A stretch of DNA of 64,000 nucleotides from positions 3,620,944 to 3,684,943 of the forward strand of contig OZ316894.1 of NCBI GenBank assembly GCA_973895155.1, given 5' to 3'. Positions 1 through 14,100 of this stretch are shown in pieces; positions within the stretch are counted from its first letter, which is position 1; each line of letters opens with the position of its first letter. Below the pieces are notes generated by a model. It was not told the origin of the DNA. It did not search any database and saw nothing but the letters and a program-made list of their open reading frames with translations. Source of the DNA: Marsupella aquatica. Its lineage: Eukaryota > Plantae > Marchantiophyta. The translations under genes were made by a program, and so were the position numbers.

Positions 1-1473
1 ACTCTTTTGAAATGAGTTGAAAAATTATAATTCCGTTGGATTAAAGAGCCAAAGTTTCAAAATGTTTCCACCGCTTGTGGAGGTGGTCCAAAATTCTAGA
101 CAAAGCAAGCCCTCCTTGTCAACATTTACTTGTGGCAAATTCTTGTCATTTAGGATTGGTAGACACCATACTTGAATATGCCCACAATGACCTGCAACCT
201 GACCTGGAGTGCCCAGAGTGAAAGTGCATGAAAATACTATCCTCCATGGACCTCATTTACTTATATCTTACTCTGTCCCATTTCAGTGTTTGAATTTGAT
301 TTGTAAACAAGTGCAAGCAAATACTGAATATCTGGCAACATATTAAAATTCTCATATTTAAATTTATTTGCAACACAGAAAAAGAAAGAGCAAAACGATG
401 ATGATCTGGGGCATTAAGTAAATTTGCAAGAAATCATGAATCTTGCAGGACATATCCTTTTAATGTTTTAAATTTGATTTGTTAGGATGGAGCACCATGT
501 AGACCACATTTTGATGGTCCATGAGAGTTTGGGGCCTATCACTTGAATGATGATTATGAGTCCTATAATATTTTTTAGTTTTGCACCTGCAAGATAGTAG
601 AGGGTGGAGACTTGAAAAGAACAAGCCCAAATATTTCATGCTAAGTAGCACCATGATAATTAATGTAATGGAAATTATGCTTTTGCATTTTATGATGAAA
701 CCTCAACCAAAATGTCCGGTCAAAAATATATGGCAGTCAAAGTAATGCCCTGAAGTTCCCCTGCTGGTAATCACACATCAAAATGTGACTGTATTCATTG
801 ATTGAAAGAAAACAAAACTATGGTTATCACGGTATGCAGGGGTGTCCTACATAATATATATCATATTTTGATGTGCAATTACGGAGACCCCTGAAGTTCA
901 GTATGAACCTGCCGGTACGGTAGGTATTCATTTCTCAGTATTCCGCTGTAATACCAAAAAGGAAGGTATAATCACTTTTGAAGCTTCCCTCTTTTAGCCA
1001 AAAAAACAGCTACAGTAACTGCCAAAGGAGTAACCACTACTTCTGCTACAGTAGTTTTGTGGGTCAATAATCCATACAACAACAGAAACAATACTTCACC
1101 GACATTTGATGCAAGCAATGCCCCCATTTGTTCCAGCACTAAATAGAGGTAAATATAGCTGAATCTTGTAGCTGTTGAATATAGGATGGCTATTGGTGGG
1201 CATTGTTCCGCATAACTGGAAATGATGGGAAAAGGGGGACAAAGTTGCATTGCAGGCGGGACAGGGAAAGTTGAGAGCAGTTTTTTGGCATCTGTTGGGC
1301 AGGGTTCAAACTTTCTGCAAATTGGTAGAGCATTTACCTCGCATTTACCTGTATTGGTCTTCTTGGGTTTTTCCCTTCAGTTGTTGTCTCCCTTATCTGT
1401 ATGTGTACATTTTGGACCCTGTATGGAGCATTTTGTTCGTAGTCAGTGTGATAGAAATATTTTTAGCTGAATG
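1..1473. repeat. Copy 1 of ~1.4-kb dispersed direct duplication (partner 53481-54882)
   Basis: Collinear high similarity at an offset of ~53480, e.g. GGATTAAAGAGCCAAAG and TGACCTGCAACCTGACCTGGAGTGCCCAGAG. Paralogous short ORFs at 460-654 and 53939-54130. Confidence 0.95.
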
Positions 1474-2699
1474 CTTGATTTCTCTGCTGCATATGTGTTT
1501 GAACTCACTGTACAGGAGTTCTGAGCCGTGCATCTTAACTCATAACTGGACTTTGCTTAAGTACCAAAAGTCAGATTTAGAAAAGCAATCAAAACATTTG
1601 AAGTACTGAATTATTTTGGTCAAACGTTATTGCAACTTACTTGGTCAATGAAATTATGAGTGCCCGATCTTTCTTCTGGTGCACCTTTTGACACAAAGAT
1701 GCATCATGATGACTCATCTGTATTGAAGATAGTTTATTGACACATCAATCTTTTACATCAAATATTTCTTGCAACGGATGCCACTAGCCCCCTTCCCTGC
1801 CTGCCCACGTTACTGACTGCCTGACTTATTAACATAATGGTACCTTGGTTGACAATTCTGAATGGCATAGAGTAATGTTTACTTGCTTTCAGGCAAAGGC
1901 ATTGTAATTTTTCCCGAGATTTTACCAAACCAATTTGTTTTAATGAATCTATTTTTTCTGAATTTGGCTTATACGTACAGTCAAATTTGCTGCCTACTGT
2001 AGGTCTATAACAATAACACCATCTTCAGGGGCACTATGTCTCTGATAAGGTTTTTCATGCTTTTCGCAAGATGAAATCTGGAATTTAATTTCCTCCCCAT
2101 TTTCCAAGATTGTCAGCATAGTTTTCCAGTCCATTGTCTTTGAGTCGTCTAATTTTGTTTTAAATTATTTACTACCTGTGCAATTTAGATTATCATGACA
2201 GTGCTGTAGGGATTATCAAGCACTGAACTTTAGTATTTTGACTTACAAACACAACTTGGTTTCAAAAATGATAAGAAAGACATCATCTCGTTGAGGTGAT
2301 CATTAGTGAACTTCAGGATTACCCAGCTGGGGAGACAATACATGAAATACGAGTAAGCATGGGCGTTCCTCCTTTTCCAGGGTGCATTACACAGACCCTT
2401 AAGAATGACAATCGGATTTACCAGGGTTATGTTTGTGTAGCATAATGGCTCCATGTAGAGATTCAAAGAATATGCCAGTCAGCTGCTTCTGGGTCATTGT
2501 GTTACCTAATAGCACCGTAATCTCCTCCCACCATGTCACTCTACCCCAGTTGTAGAATAGGTGTTAGACTGTGCTTTTGAATTCCAGGTTTCATTGCTAA
2601 CAAATGCCATAATTGCAAACTCCCCACTTGCTAGCTCTACCATAGTATAGCAGCCGGGTTGAGGAAGTTTCCAGATGAATAACCTAACTTTTTGGAAGA

Positions 2700-3074
2700 C
2701 CCATCCTCCCCACACCCTTCACATCCTCACCGAAATACCTAATATGGACTGAGCTTGGATTCTTTCTTCCGGAGAAAAGGGCGAAAGAGGGTGGCTTGAA
2801 GCCAATTTTGTTATTCCTCATCTATTAATGGATGTATTCAGAGGAGTTCTCAATAACCTTACCTCATCGTATGGGGTTGCCCATCCACTTCTTGTTCGTT
2901 TACCTAATATTTCCTCCACCTGTGAGAAACCTTGTAATGCCACTGGTGTTCATCTTCTCTGATGCAGTTTGCGTGAAAAATACATTGTTGTTCATGATGC
3001 TATGAGAGATGTGATTGCCCAGGTACTCTCTACGTCTTTCGTCCATGTGAGGCGAGAGGTGGTGCTTGAATTAC
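2700..3074 (+). mobile_element. Degenerate CRE/R2-like non-LTR retrotransposon (CCHC zinc knuckle, start of restriction-like endonuclease), 5' half
   Basis: Translates, with frameshifts, to GWLEA...EEFSITLPHRMGLP...CEKPCNATGVHLL*C...VHDAMRDVIAQVL...HVRREVVLEL. This is the CxxC..H..C..(R)HD..RD..E pattern of RLE-type non-LTR elements. Left boundary approximate. Confidence 0.7.
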
Positions 3075-4013
3075 CACTAGAAGAAACCGACCCTATTTGA
3101 GACCCTACCTTACATGACTTGTATGAGACCTTCAAGAATAAGTGACTCCAAAGTTATTTGTGTCATGTTAGCTACACCTTATTAACTGAGTTTTACTGAT
3201 TTTTTGGGAAGTCATATCCATAACTATTTGGACAGTTGCAGTTGTAACTTAGTTAAGGCAACTCTTTCAAAGTCTTATAATTAAGTAACTCGTCATTGGA
3301 TTGTGTATGTGAGCACGATATTGAATAGTACATTAAATTATAATTATAGCCACCCTTATTGACCAGTGTTGCACATATGAACTATGTCCCTTTGGCCCAC
3401 ATCCCAAATCCAACCCATACATATGTAAAGCTTGGATACATACAAAACTGAAGGGGCCCACTAATTAACATGCATCATTTTCAAATTCCGCTCTCTACAT
3501 ATACTACCCCATTAGCCAATATCTAAACCCTAAACCCTATGCATATCCCCTGATCTAGTAATATTGAATGGACCAATTATCTAACCCTCTCTCCCTTAAT
3601 TGTCCAATCAAATGTCTAAAGATGTAGGACCACTTATCCCTACCCTTCATTGTAACTTGTGTTGCCCTCGATCGGATTCATCTAGCCCTTCATTCAACAT
3701 GGACCATGCCGTTCAACTTTCCAGGGTTTAGGGTTATGCCTTTGCCCGTCAACAAGTTTAGGGCCAAGGAATTGTTTCCAAAACTATTCGGAGAAACTGA
3801 GTCAAAGTGTCGTTCGTTGAGTGTTGACAGTGTTGCTCTTTAGCAAGCGGGAAGGTGCTTTTTCCGGGTTTCCAATTCCATCATAAGGTTACGAGCTTCT
3901 GTTGTTGCAGCTGTGACCGACAACTGAGGAGCTACAACCAAGAGCTGCTTGATTTGCAGCACTGCCGTGGACGAGGAGCTGTGGAGGGCCGGGGAGCTGC
4001 AAGAAAGTGGGGA

Positions 4014-7000
4014 AACACAGTGACGGACCAAACAAGAAGTATGACCACCAAACGAGAAGTGTGTTTTTGATTTCGCGAAAAACGGCAAAAATCACTAAAA
4101 TTAAGATCAAAAACGCTATTTTGAGGATGAATCCAAAATCGCATCCAACATCGGATTTCAAATCGAGATACTGTCGACACAAAAACAAAGAATTGTCACA
4201 ATCCAGAATTCTGATACATCTAAAAAAAGTGCAAATTCCAAAACCTAGAAAAACAATGCTTTTCACATGATCCTTCTAAAAGCTAAATCCAAGCGTCAAA
4301 CAAAACGAGTAAAACACAAGATTTCCTTTTCGCCATCAAATGGCAAATTGAAAATGGGATACGGCGTATCCCATTTCGGATTCAACCGTTGAACATGGAC
4401 GAAAACCGCACCAAATCATTCTCTTGACGCTTCCATTTAACTTCGGGTTAAAAATATTTGAATTTTTAACTGCGGTAAAACCGAAAACTGTGTGGGTTAA
4501 CCCGACGACATGTCCGAAATTTTTTTAGCCCATAACGCATGATGAATACGAGATGGGATCCAAGTATCTACTATCGTATTCAACCTCGATGTTTTCCACC
4601 TGCAACTTTGCATCAGGAGATCTTTCGACATGAATACCAACTGAGATCCATGGATCCCATTTTTTTCGCAAGTCCAAAAACTCATCGGGAAAATAGGAGG
4701 ATGAATACCAGATGGGATCCATGGATCCCATCTAGTATTCAACCTCTACATTTTGAACTTTTTGCATTGCATACCTTGATATTCTAGTTTGAAGACCAAC
4801 TGAGATCCGCGACGACTTCCTCAAAAATCTACAATTTAAATTTCAGCATTCCTTGAAAAGACAGACTCTCACTTTAAAAAACCCTTGTATGTACCACTCA
4901 GGGAATGCCAATAGGGATCCACGTATCCCATTTTTCTGAACAAGTCCAAAAATAACCCACTCAAAACCACTCAAATTTGCCCTTGCCGCACCTTGCACCT
5001 TGATATTGAGGTTTGAATACCAACACGGATCCATGGATCCTATTTGGTATTCACCCGCCAAAATTTGCCATTGCCACACCTCGCACCTCAATATTGAGGT
5101 TTGAATACCGACACGGATCCATACCGACACGGATCCATGAGTCCCATTTGTTGATTCAACTCCAAAACAATTTTGGATTTTTCCTTGCTCAGCACAACCC
5201 CAATCACATCCATTTTTTACTCTTTCAAAATATGTAGGACCAATAAACAGACCTACCTAAAAATGGAGGCAAATACCAAGTGGGTTTGTGGATCCCACCT
5301 CAGATTCAAAGTCCCGGATTGGCCCTCGGTCACAAGTTACTCATCCATTTTCACATTTGAATACAAAATTTGATTTCATTTGGTCTTTGTAAAATTATTA
5401 TCACACTTTGTAAAGTTCTTGATTTGTAAAATAACATGTTCTTATACCAAATGGGATAAAACAACATGTTCTTATACCAAATGTGGGATCCATGGATCCA
5501 ACTTGGTATTCATACAAGGTTTTACGACTTTTTCTCTTCTAGATTTGTGAAATAACATGTTTGAATACTACATGGGATACTTGGTATCCCACTTGGTATT
5601 CCTCTTGAAGTTTTGATCATTTGTGATTTTTTTACAAATGCAATCTGATTTTTTTGCAAGATTTTGCCTGATCTCAGATTTTTTATTTTTCTATTTTTGC
5701 AACGCCGAGTAAAGCGGCCAAAAAATCTCAAGCTCTTCTTTCTAACGGTATCAATTATAAGGAATTTGGATAAATACCGATAAAGATATGGCTTCCAAAG
5801 CGTGAGAGGGTACAAACTTAAGTTTTTGTAATTTTATAAATTTCACCCCACAACTTAATCTGATCATATCTTAGTCATCTTGCATTTCGCACCTAAATGC
5901 TTCATATTTAGAGGTTGAATGCAAAGTGGGATACCCCGTATCCCACTTCGCATCCAACCTCATTTTTTCACGTTTATGATACCCAAACTGGATTTTTGAA
6001 GATTGAATCCCAAATGGGATACGCCGTATCTGGACCGCCATTAGACTCACAAGAGAAAATGTTGTTTTCCCAGGAAAGCTAAAGCTTGAGTTGGTGTCTG
6101 TCACTGAACGGCAGCAAAAGCTTCAGTGCGTGTTTAGTCAAACTGCGCCTGCGAAACAATCAGCAATCCATAAGACTTTTCCCATCATTCCAAGAAAACT
6201 CTAGGTAGATACCACATGGGATACCCTGTATCCCACTTCGCATCCAACCTCATTTTTTAGCTAAAGAGAATCCAAAACTGGACATTTGAAGGTTGAATCC
6301 CAAACGGGATACGCCGTATCCCATTTCGCATTCAATGTTGAGGTTTTGACATTTGGAGTCTAAGATGCTTCATATTCGGAGGTTGGATGTGACATGAGAT
6401 ACCCTGTATCCCACTTCGCATCCAACCTCCTTTTTTAGCTAAAGAGAAATCAAAACTGGACATTTGAAGGGTGAATCCCAAACAGGATACGCCGTATCCC
6501 ATTTCGCATTCAACGTTGAGGTTTTGATATTTGGAGTCTAAGATACTTCATATTCGGAGGTTGGATGCGATATTGGATACCCCGTATCCCACTTCGCATC
6601 CAACCTTCTTTTTTAGCTAAAGTGAAACAAAAACTGGACATTTGAAGGTTGAATCCCGAACGGGACACGCCGTATCCCATTTGGGATTCATCCTCGCCAT
6701 TTCCATGAAGATTCTCACTTGTTAGTCAAATCTGATTTTTGGGGAATACAAGTTTGTATAGATGGTGTGCATTCGTCGAGAGTAAGAGGATACAGAGCGA
6801 GAAAAAATGAGCGGAAAATTCTCAAGCGGTGATCTCCTATTTATAGTTTTCTCTCTGACCGTGGTTAGTATTTGACTGTAGTTGCATCGCAGTCGGTTAA
6901 ATGTTACCGTTGAGAAGAATCGTTTGGGAATATTCTTGACAGGTAAACCAATATCGGCACTTTTACTGCGTTTGTTTTAATTTTTTTTGGAATTCCGCGG

Positions 7001-7194
7001 TTGGATCCGAAATGGGATACGCCGTATCCCATCTTCGTATTCGTGTCGATTTTTCCCATTTTTTAAATTTGAAAAACTAGTTTTTAGGGGGAATACTAAT
7101 TCCGTATCCAAGACTTTTTTGCCTTAGAAATTTTTTTTGCCGCGGGCAAAATGAGAAGTGTGGTCACACTTCTCGTTTGGTCTGTCAGTGTGTT
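4014..7194. mobile_element. Non-autonomous TIR element filled with ~20 palindromic units
   Basis: Left end AACACAGTGACGGACCAAACAAGAAGTATGACC; reverse complement of right end AACACACTGACAGACCAAACGAGAAGTGTGACC. Candidate 4-bp TSD GGGA at 4010-4013 and 7195-7198. No long ORF. Confidence 0.7.
4350..7045. repeat. Array of ~45-50-bp imperfect palindromes (core TGGGATAC-N3-GTATCCCA / TGGGATCCATGGATCCCA), including a ~179-bp tandem unit at ~6215-6700
   Basis: Examples: GAGGATGAATACCAGATGGGATCCATGGATCCCATCTAGTATTCAACCTC (~4698) and GAGGTTGAATGCAAAGTGGGATACCCCGTATCCCACTTCGCATCCAACCTC (~5910). Further copies near 4355, 4545, 4635, 4905, 5015, 5100, 5480, 5565, 6005, 6215, 6295, 6385, 6475, 6560, 6650 and 7005. 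Confidence 0.9.
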
Positions 7195-9548
7195 GGGAGT
7201 GATCTTGAAGGCCAACTATCTAGCGTGAGGTGGATCATCGTGGCTGCAACATTGACCAGGCCTTTTTTTGCGTTGGGCACTGTGAGTAAGGTAGTCTACG
7301 AAGGCGCGAAAGAGTCACGAGGAGTCGAGTTCAGCTACGGCAGTATTCACTTTAGATGTCCCAATGTGGTTGGCGTGAGCTGTAGGTGAGCTTAGCTGTG
7401 TGCACATTTCATGTTAGTCAGGTGGTCGGTGTTTTAGGCATTGCGGAACTTGATTGACCACCCCATGGCTAAGGTTTAAGGTGCGGACTACAACAAATAT
7501 GTGTTGTTACTGAAAGTGTTGGTGGTGAGCGACAACTGGTATTGTTTCAGCTAAAGGGAGCACATTGGAGCTTGTGTATGGACTTGCGACTGATTGTGGC
7601 TGCCTGCTGTTACAATCGCCGAATCAATCACGCACCCAATCGCCTGGAGCTCATTTGCCTGGAGTTCAGTGTTTAGGCCAGGTGAGTGACCACGACGAAG
7701 GAGCCGATCGCTCATTCTTTGTAAGTGCCCAACCTATTGTAGCTTAACTCTTGTTAAAAGTTGTCCAAGGCCTCGAGTTGCCTCGAATCAAGCTGCCAAA
7801 TACGGAGTAGACGAGCATCAGTTTTGCAACGCAACGCAGACTCCAATATCCAGCTCGTAGATTAGTTCTACTCTTGGTTTTTCTCAAGGAAACAACAGCT
7901 TGGATGTGAGGGCTAGTGGCAGTCACACTGGTGCGCCTGTCCCCGCGGGGCTTATGGGATTGGGAGGTTCCATTCATTTTGTTTCGTTTTGCTTCGTTGC
8001 CTTAGTTCTTTTAACTGTGTGATGCAAGCTGCATTTTATGATCGTGACTCGGGATAGGGTTTAAGGACCTGTGACCTTCATTTGTTGTAAGTGAGTAGTA
8101 AGACAAAGTGACTTCCCCCTGTGGGGGCCCAAAGTTTCCTTCCGCTCCCTTCCATCTCTCCCTCTTCTCCCTTCCCTCTCTCCCTCCCCTCCCTTCCCTC
8201 CCTAGCTGCCTGATGAGTGCCTCCTACTGCACCCGCCCTACCATCACAACCGCGGCCGAGCTATTTTTTCCTATCACAGATGAGCCTGGGACCCCAAACT
8301 CACATGATTGTCTGTGACTCAATGCCCGTCCGTCCTTCCTGAATCGCTCTCAGCTCAGGTTGAATGTGCTTTTTCAATCGATTGTGGGGATGGAGCTCCT
8401 CCAACAGCGGTTGGGTACAGAGTTTGTGGACTCTGTTTCAGTGTAGGCGAAAATGTTTTTGGTCTTGAGAGCTCATTCATTTGCACATTGTAATGCTTGT
8501 AAAATCTTTCAGAGTTTGTGAAGGTAAGATAGACTGTGGAGTCTCTCTGTCATTCTTCTTGTTCCAAGCCTACAACTCGTCCTTTTTGCCATGTCCTCTT
8601 CTGTATCCTGTTCTGTATCTTGTATTTTGTCACTTTAAATTGTCCATGATGTCGTGAGATGTTTCGTTCGTTCTAGTTCGCTCTGGTTCAAGTCATTACT
8701 CAGTAAGTCGAATCTTCCATGGTGTTAGAAATTTAAGACAGGCTTAACTAAATGGCAGTCCAATATTTGAGTTGGGGAAAATAATGAGGAAATGAATGAG
8801 GTACAGGATACACATTCCTGAAAATGACTGTGAGCTGCAGCTGGTCAGGTGGAGGGGATTGCAAACGCGCTACCATCAGCGACACATCTCAACCTTCCGC
8901 AGTGAGCGCTGTTGACATTCGGCTGGTTGTAAGTGTATTTCGAGCTCGACCCTAACTTGCTTATGAAAATTAAACACTTTGCTGTGAATATAAATACAGG
9001 AATGACATTTAAGGCCACCGCATGTTTGGTATTGGGTTCTCTAGAATTTTGGTACCCTCTTTCCTCACCTCAAATTTGAACAATGATGGTAGTCTCAGGC
9101 TCCATATTGCCTACAATCAGTGGTACTCAACGTGCGAGCTGTTGAGGCTGATTTTGAGCCGAGCTTACCTAAGCACACTTGGGAGCTGCTGCATTGACAG
9201 GTCTGAAACTCTGACGGGTTGGCTTAAATCCTTTGCTTCCTTGTGCTCTATTTTGGGGAGTTAATCAAGTTTGGCCTTGAAATGGTTACTTACACTTATG
9301 TTTGAAAGTTGACCTGTAACTCCCCTGAGACCGGTACTCCATCTGTTGGGTTCTTTCTAATTTTGGTAGTGTGTTTGTTGGGTTCTTTCAACTCCAGACA
9401 TATGAAATTTTAGCCCTCTCATTGTATCCACTGATGCGTACTCACTTATATTAAGCATCTTGACCTAGAAACTCAATACATAAACTCCAGGAGTCCCTCG
9501 GGACATGAGCCAAATTGTTTCAAAATTGGGAAGCTGCACCCGCACTAC

Positions 9549-9890
9549 TCAAACAAATGTGTTGGGCCTGGTGGCCTTGTAAGTCGTCTTTAGCTTTCGC
9601 GATGGAGGTTGAATCTTGCGGTACGTCAAGGGGAACTTGATCTTTGAATCATGGAACTGCTTGGTACTTTCTCGCTTGCACAGAGAGACAGGGACTGTCA
9701 TAGTCTTGATGATCTGGATGCAAGGGAACCGAACTCTATGACAAGAAGCCATCTCATCATACATCTACTCTACAGCTCCGTTCAACGTGGTATCACGATA
9801 TTCCTTGTACATGTTGTGATAACCTGTCCGACTCTGATACCTCACCCAGATACCGAAGTTCTTAATTGTGGTGGGCTTCTTTTTGAAGAT
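9549..9890 (-). pseudogene. RPL18A: 60S ribosomal protein L18a last-exon fragment captured in CACTA
   Basis: After an AG acceptor (9891-9892) it reads [62 protein letters not shown]...[13 protein letters not shown]. Premature TAG at 9765-9767. Upstream exons not seen. Confidence 0.93.
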
Positions 9891-10443
9891 CTGGTAGACA
9901 CATTATTCAGCATTTGCTAACTTCAAAACTAGAAGTGTAACACATTAAACAACAGAGAAACTCACAACATCCTCCTTTGGTCCTTTAGAGTCTGTACTTT
10001 GATTATGAAGTTTGACTGAGTTTCTGTTGACTGAAAGAATGTGACTGTGTAAGAGTTCCGTTTGGCAGTGGATTGGTTGAAGCACTTCATGCTAGTGTGT
10101 TGTCCACAGCTCTTCAACCAGCTTTTGTCTTCCTTGTCTTTCACCACTTACGATGACATCAATTCAGCTAAGACCATAGAAGGTTCCAAAGCATCTAACT
10201 TGTCAAATCGCAACTTGTTACATCAAGGACTAAGGTGTTGGGTATCAAAGGAGACAGCACAACAAACACGCTAAAAAGACTTCAGGACTGGGTTCAACAA
10301 GGTAGTGAAGGTGCTTACAGCCATAGTAAGTATGCATTCTGTATCTTTCTGTGTTGATGTGAGCTTGTGCATAATGGGAGTAAGTTGTAGTTGGCAAGAG
10401 TTCCATAAGGCCAAATATGAATAGATCCAGAAGTATGTATATG

Positions 10444-10482
10444 AACCAAGTGTAGAGTTGACTCTTTCTGAATATTGTAGTC
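10444..10482 (-). pseudogene. UBQ: Ubiquitin 13-codon fragment
   Basis: Encodes exactly DYNIQKESTLHLV (ubiquitin residues 58-70). The flanks are not ubiquitin. Confidence 0.85.
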
Positions 10483-11120
10483 TCTTTCTGAGGGCCAACG
10501 CCATGTGATCATGTACTTGCTCTATAAAGTTCTGAAGATATAAGCATTTTCTGTTAGACTAGGCAACTTGGGAGTTGGTAAGTGTCACCTGCATCTGAGG
10601 GGCTACACCGGGGGCATCAGTGGAGGTTCACTTGCACAACACGACAGCCAGTGAATTTTCTCTCTGGTGAAACCTGCAAGGTGAGACTTTCGGTCTTTCT
10701 GGATGAAAAAACAGGATCTTAATATGATTGATATACATGTCCGTCGAGATCATGGCTTTATCACCAAGCTCTTTGTCTTAGGAAACTCATAAACTCAGAA
10801 TCCAATATGTACTATGCACGTTTTCATGCTATACATGTGTATACTATGACCTGTAGTTGGAATTTTGTGTCATTCACTTGACAATAGGTACACTACTCGC
10901 GAACCTGTTTTTTTTCTTTTGAGGTGGTTTAGGGTTTGTGAGAATTTAGTACACATTATGTTAACTCTTTTGGCAGATACAGTCAGGGATATATGGAACA
11001 CAAATACCACCATTAGGCATCCTTGTTCACTGTTGTCCATGACTGCAGAGCTCCCAGCCTGTTACAATGCACCCTGGTCACCACCCTCCCCAGACCCAGC
11101 CCAAGGCATAGGCACTGCCT

Positions 11121-14100
11121 TTGCATCATCCCACAAGGATATCACGCCATGATAATAAGCTTTGGCAGCGTGAAAGGTTACGAACCAGACTTTCAAGAGC
11201 CAGTAGGATGAGATGTCCTTGTGCAATCTGCCAAGGATCCCGTACCAGGGGTCTGAATGAGGTTTGGTGGCATATCGCGGTTCATGGAAGACATCCACGA
11301 CATTGAGTTTGGAATGATCCTGCAGAGGAAGATTCTTCCGACGAGGAGTGGAGGTTAGAATTTGATGCTGCCAATGCTGCAAGACGGGCAAGTGAGGTTC
11401 TGCCTGGTGCATTTGAAAATGTTGTAGCTGGTCTCTATGGGTTGTCAGCTCTCCAATGGGATGGTGCTCAGGCAGCACCACGTGACGAAGGAATTCATGT
11501 GGAAGAGATGGTGAGAGAAATCTTCCAAGACTTGGATGCATTTCATGATGGGCTGGACAACGAAGAGGATACGGCTGCAGATGCAACTGTGCCCCCTGTC
11601 AAAGAGCCTCTTGATGAGTTTGAGATAGGGCAGGAAACCCCTGGGCATGATGGGATGTTTGGCTCTCCCCTGCAAATACAGGAAGGCAGGAAGTCTTTGT
11701 ACTCCGGTAGCAAATGTTCTAAACTGGGATTTGTCATCATGTTCCTGAACATTTGTGGCAACCACAATGTCCCCAACGTTTTGGTTTCTGAGTTGTTGGC
11801 ATTCTTGCGAACAACTGTGCTACCAGATGGTAATATTTTGCCCAAGAACATGTACAAGGCAAAAAGATGCATAATCTAATCTTGGATTGAACTATGATTC
11901 CATCCATGCCTGTCCTGATGGGCATGTTCTTTTCAGAAAGGAGTATGCAGAATCGTTGACATGCCCTAAGTGTGGGAAGCACAGGTATCGGAACTTAGGA
12001 AAGTCTATGGTTCCCGCCAAGGTACTTCGTCATTTTCCACTCATTCCCAGACTTCAGCGGATGTTCAGAAGCCGTGCCATCTTGGAGATGATGACTTGGG
12101 CAACTGACAAGAAAAGTGATGATGGGCTACAATGACATGCTGCAGATTCAAGGCAGTGGAAACTCATACATGAGATGTATCCCAAATTTTCTGCTGAGCC
12201 GAGGAATGTCAGACTTGGGCTGTCATTGGATGGGGTAAACCCATTTGGAGACAAGAACAACAAATTTTTGTGTTGGCCTGTAACTATTTTGAATTATAAC
12301 CTTCCTCCTTGGATGACTACAAAGCAATTTTTTGTTTGGTCCTACTGATACCAGGGCCAGATAGTGCTGTATCTGCCAACATAGATGTGTTTCGGGCTCC
12401 CCTAGTGGAGGAATTGAGAAAGCTTTGGGAGGAAGGAGTCCTCACATATGATGTCCTACATAGGCTTGGGAGGTTAAACCCATTCATCCTTAGAGCCATC
12501 GTCATTCTGACTATAGCTGACTACCCAGCCCATGGGATGATATCAGGCCAAACAACAAAAGGATATTGTGCTTGTACTATCTGTGGGCGCAATGTCACTA
12601 GTGAGTACTCCAGAGCCCTGTAGAAAGTGATATACATGGGCCATCGTCGTTTTTTGAAGGCAGATCACCCTTACAGAGAAAGACAGGCACTGATTGCACA
12701 CTTTGGCAATGAGATTGAGCAACATGGACCCCTGGCACGAGTGACCAAAGAGGAGATCAAGCAGTGGGGAGCACTGAGGGATGACTATATCAAACGAGGG
12801 GGCAGGGAAGATGGAGTGAGTGATCCAATAAAGCGATATGGTGTAAAAAGACTGAGCATATTGGACTTGGAGCTCAAGTATTGGAGGGTAAGCCTCTTGG
12901 AGTTGATGCTAATTGGGATACATGTTTAGGTTCAGAGCATGATTGTGCATTTGTTTTGAAGAGAGAGACTAAACTTGAGGCATTTGCTGACGCTTTTGCA
13001 TTGCAACGGTGCAGGAGTTTGAGCCAAGCAAACATAACATTGATGTTATGCACATTGAGAAGAATATTTGTGAGAGTCTACTCAGATTCTTGTGTGGAGA
13101 GAAAGACACTAGTTCAGTGAGATTGGATCTTGAACAGAGAGGAATGAAACCCCATCTTTGGTTGAGGCCACATGCCCACAGAGCTGATGTGCTCTTGAAG
13201 TACCAAGCGCCCTATGTTCTGACAGACATAGAGTGGCAACTATTTGTGCAGAGGTTGAGTTCTTTGAAGGTTCCTTCAAACTATGGCAGTGCTTTCAAGA
13301 AGCATATCATGACTAGAAAGCTTGGTAGTATGAAAAGCCATGACTACCATATGTTGATGCAACAGGTGTTGCCTTTATGTCTGAGGGGCCTGTTGCAGAA
13401 GCCTGTTCGTAATGTGATCATGCAACTCAGTGATGTGTTTCGTCGTATTTGTGTGAAGGTTTGGGATGAAACACACTTCCCACAACTGACAGAAGATGTC
13501 GCTCAGGTGCTGTGTGACCTGGAGATTTATTTTCCTCCCGCATTTTTTGATGTCATGACCCACCTACTTGTCCATGTTGTGGAAGAGCTACACCAATTTG
13601 GGCCTGTGAGTGCTCGTTGGTTGTACCCTTTGGAACGGTACATGAAGCTACTCAAAGGTCACGTGAGAACATATTACAAACCTGAAGCAAGCATGGCTAA
13701 AGGTTACATCAAGGATGAGACTCTGGGATATCTGACCGAATACATAGCACAATATGAGCATGTGAAGACCAAGGTGTGGAATTCTGATGAGGAGGAAGGG
13801 GTGATAGGTGAAGTATTGGAAGGGGCTGCAACCACAAAGAACCTGACCACATCTATGAGAGACTTGGCACATGACTAAGTTGTATTGCACAACACTGTGG
13901 TGATGGACCCCTGGATACAGTGAGTGCATACATGTGCTATAATCCAGTTCATGAGCTTAAATGTTGTGTGCGTGTGATTTTCTCCTTCAGCCTGTTCATA
14001 TTTACCCAAGCTAATGCTGTGTGGTTGTTTGATCAGGGAGTATGAGTCATTGAAGGCGGCCCATCCCACTGCAGGAACAACTTTTCCAGGTTTCATGGAG

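Noticed and set aside
4016-4045. Transib/RAG RSS (CACAGTG heptamer)
   Set aside because: The right end reads CACACTG, no nonamer is evident and there is no 5-bp TSD.
3840-6104. Short ORFs across the palindrome array
   Set aside because: They are translations of repeats (recurring WDPWIP/SMDP) with no protein signal.
4350-7045. CRISPR array
   Set aside because: Eukaryotic context, no cas genes, degenerate repeats, and spacers that are irregular and partly duplicated.
9549-9890. Functional RPL18a gene
   Set aside because: Premature TAG, missing upstream exons, and located inside a transposon.
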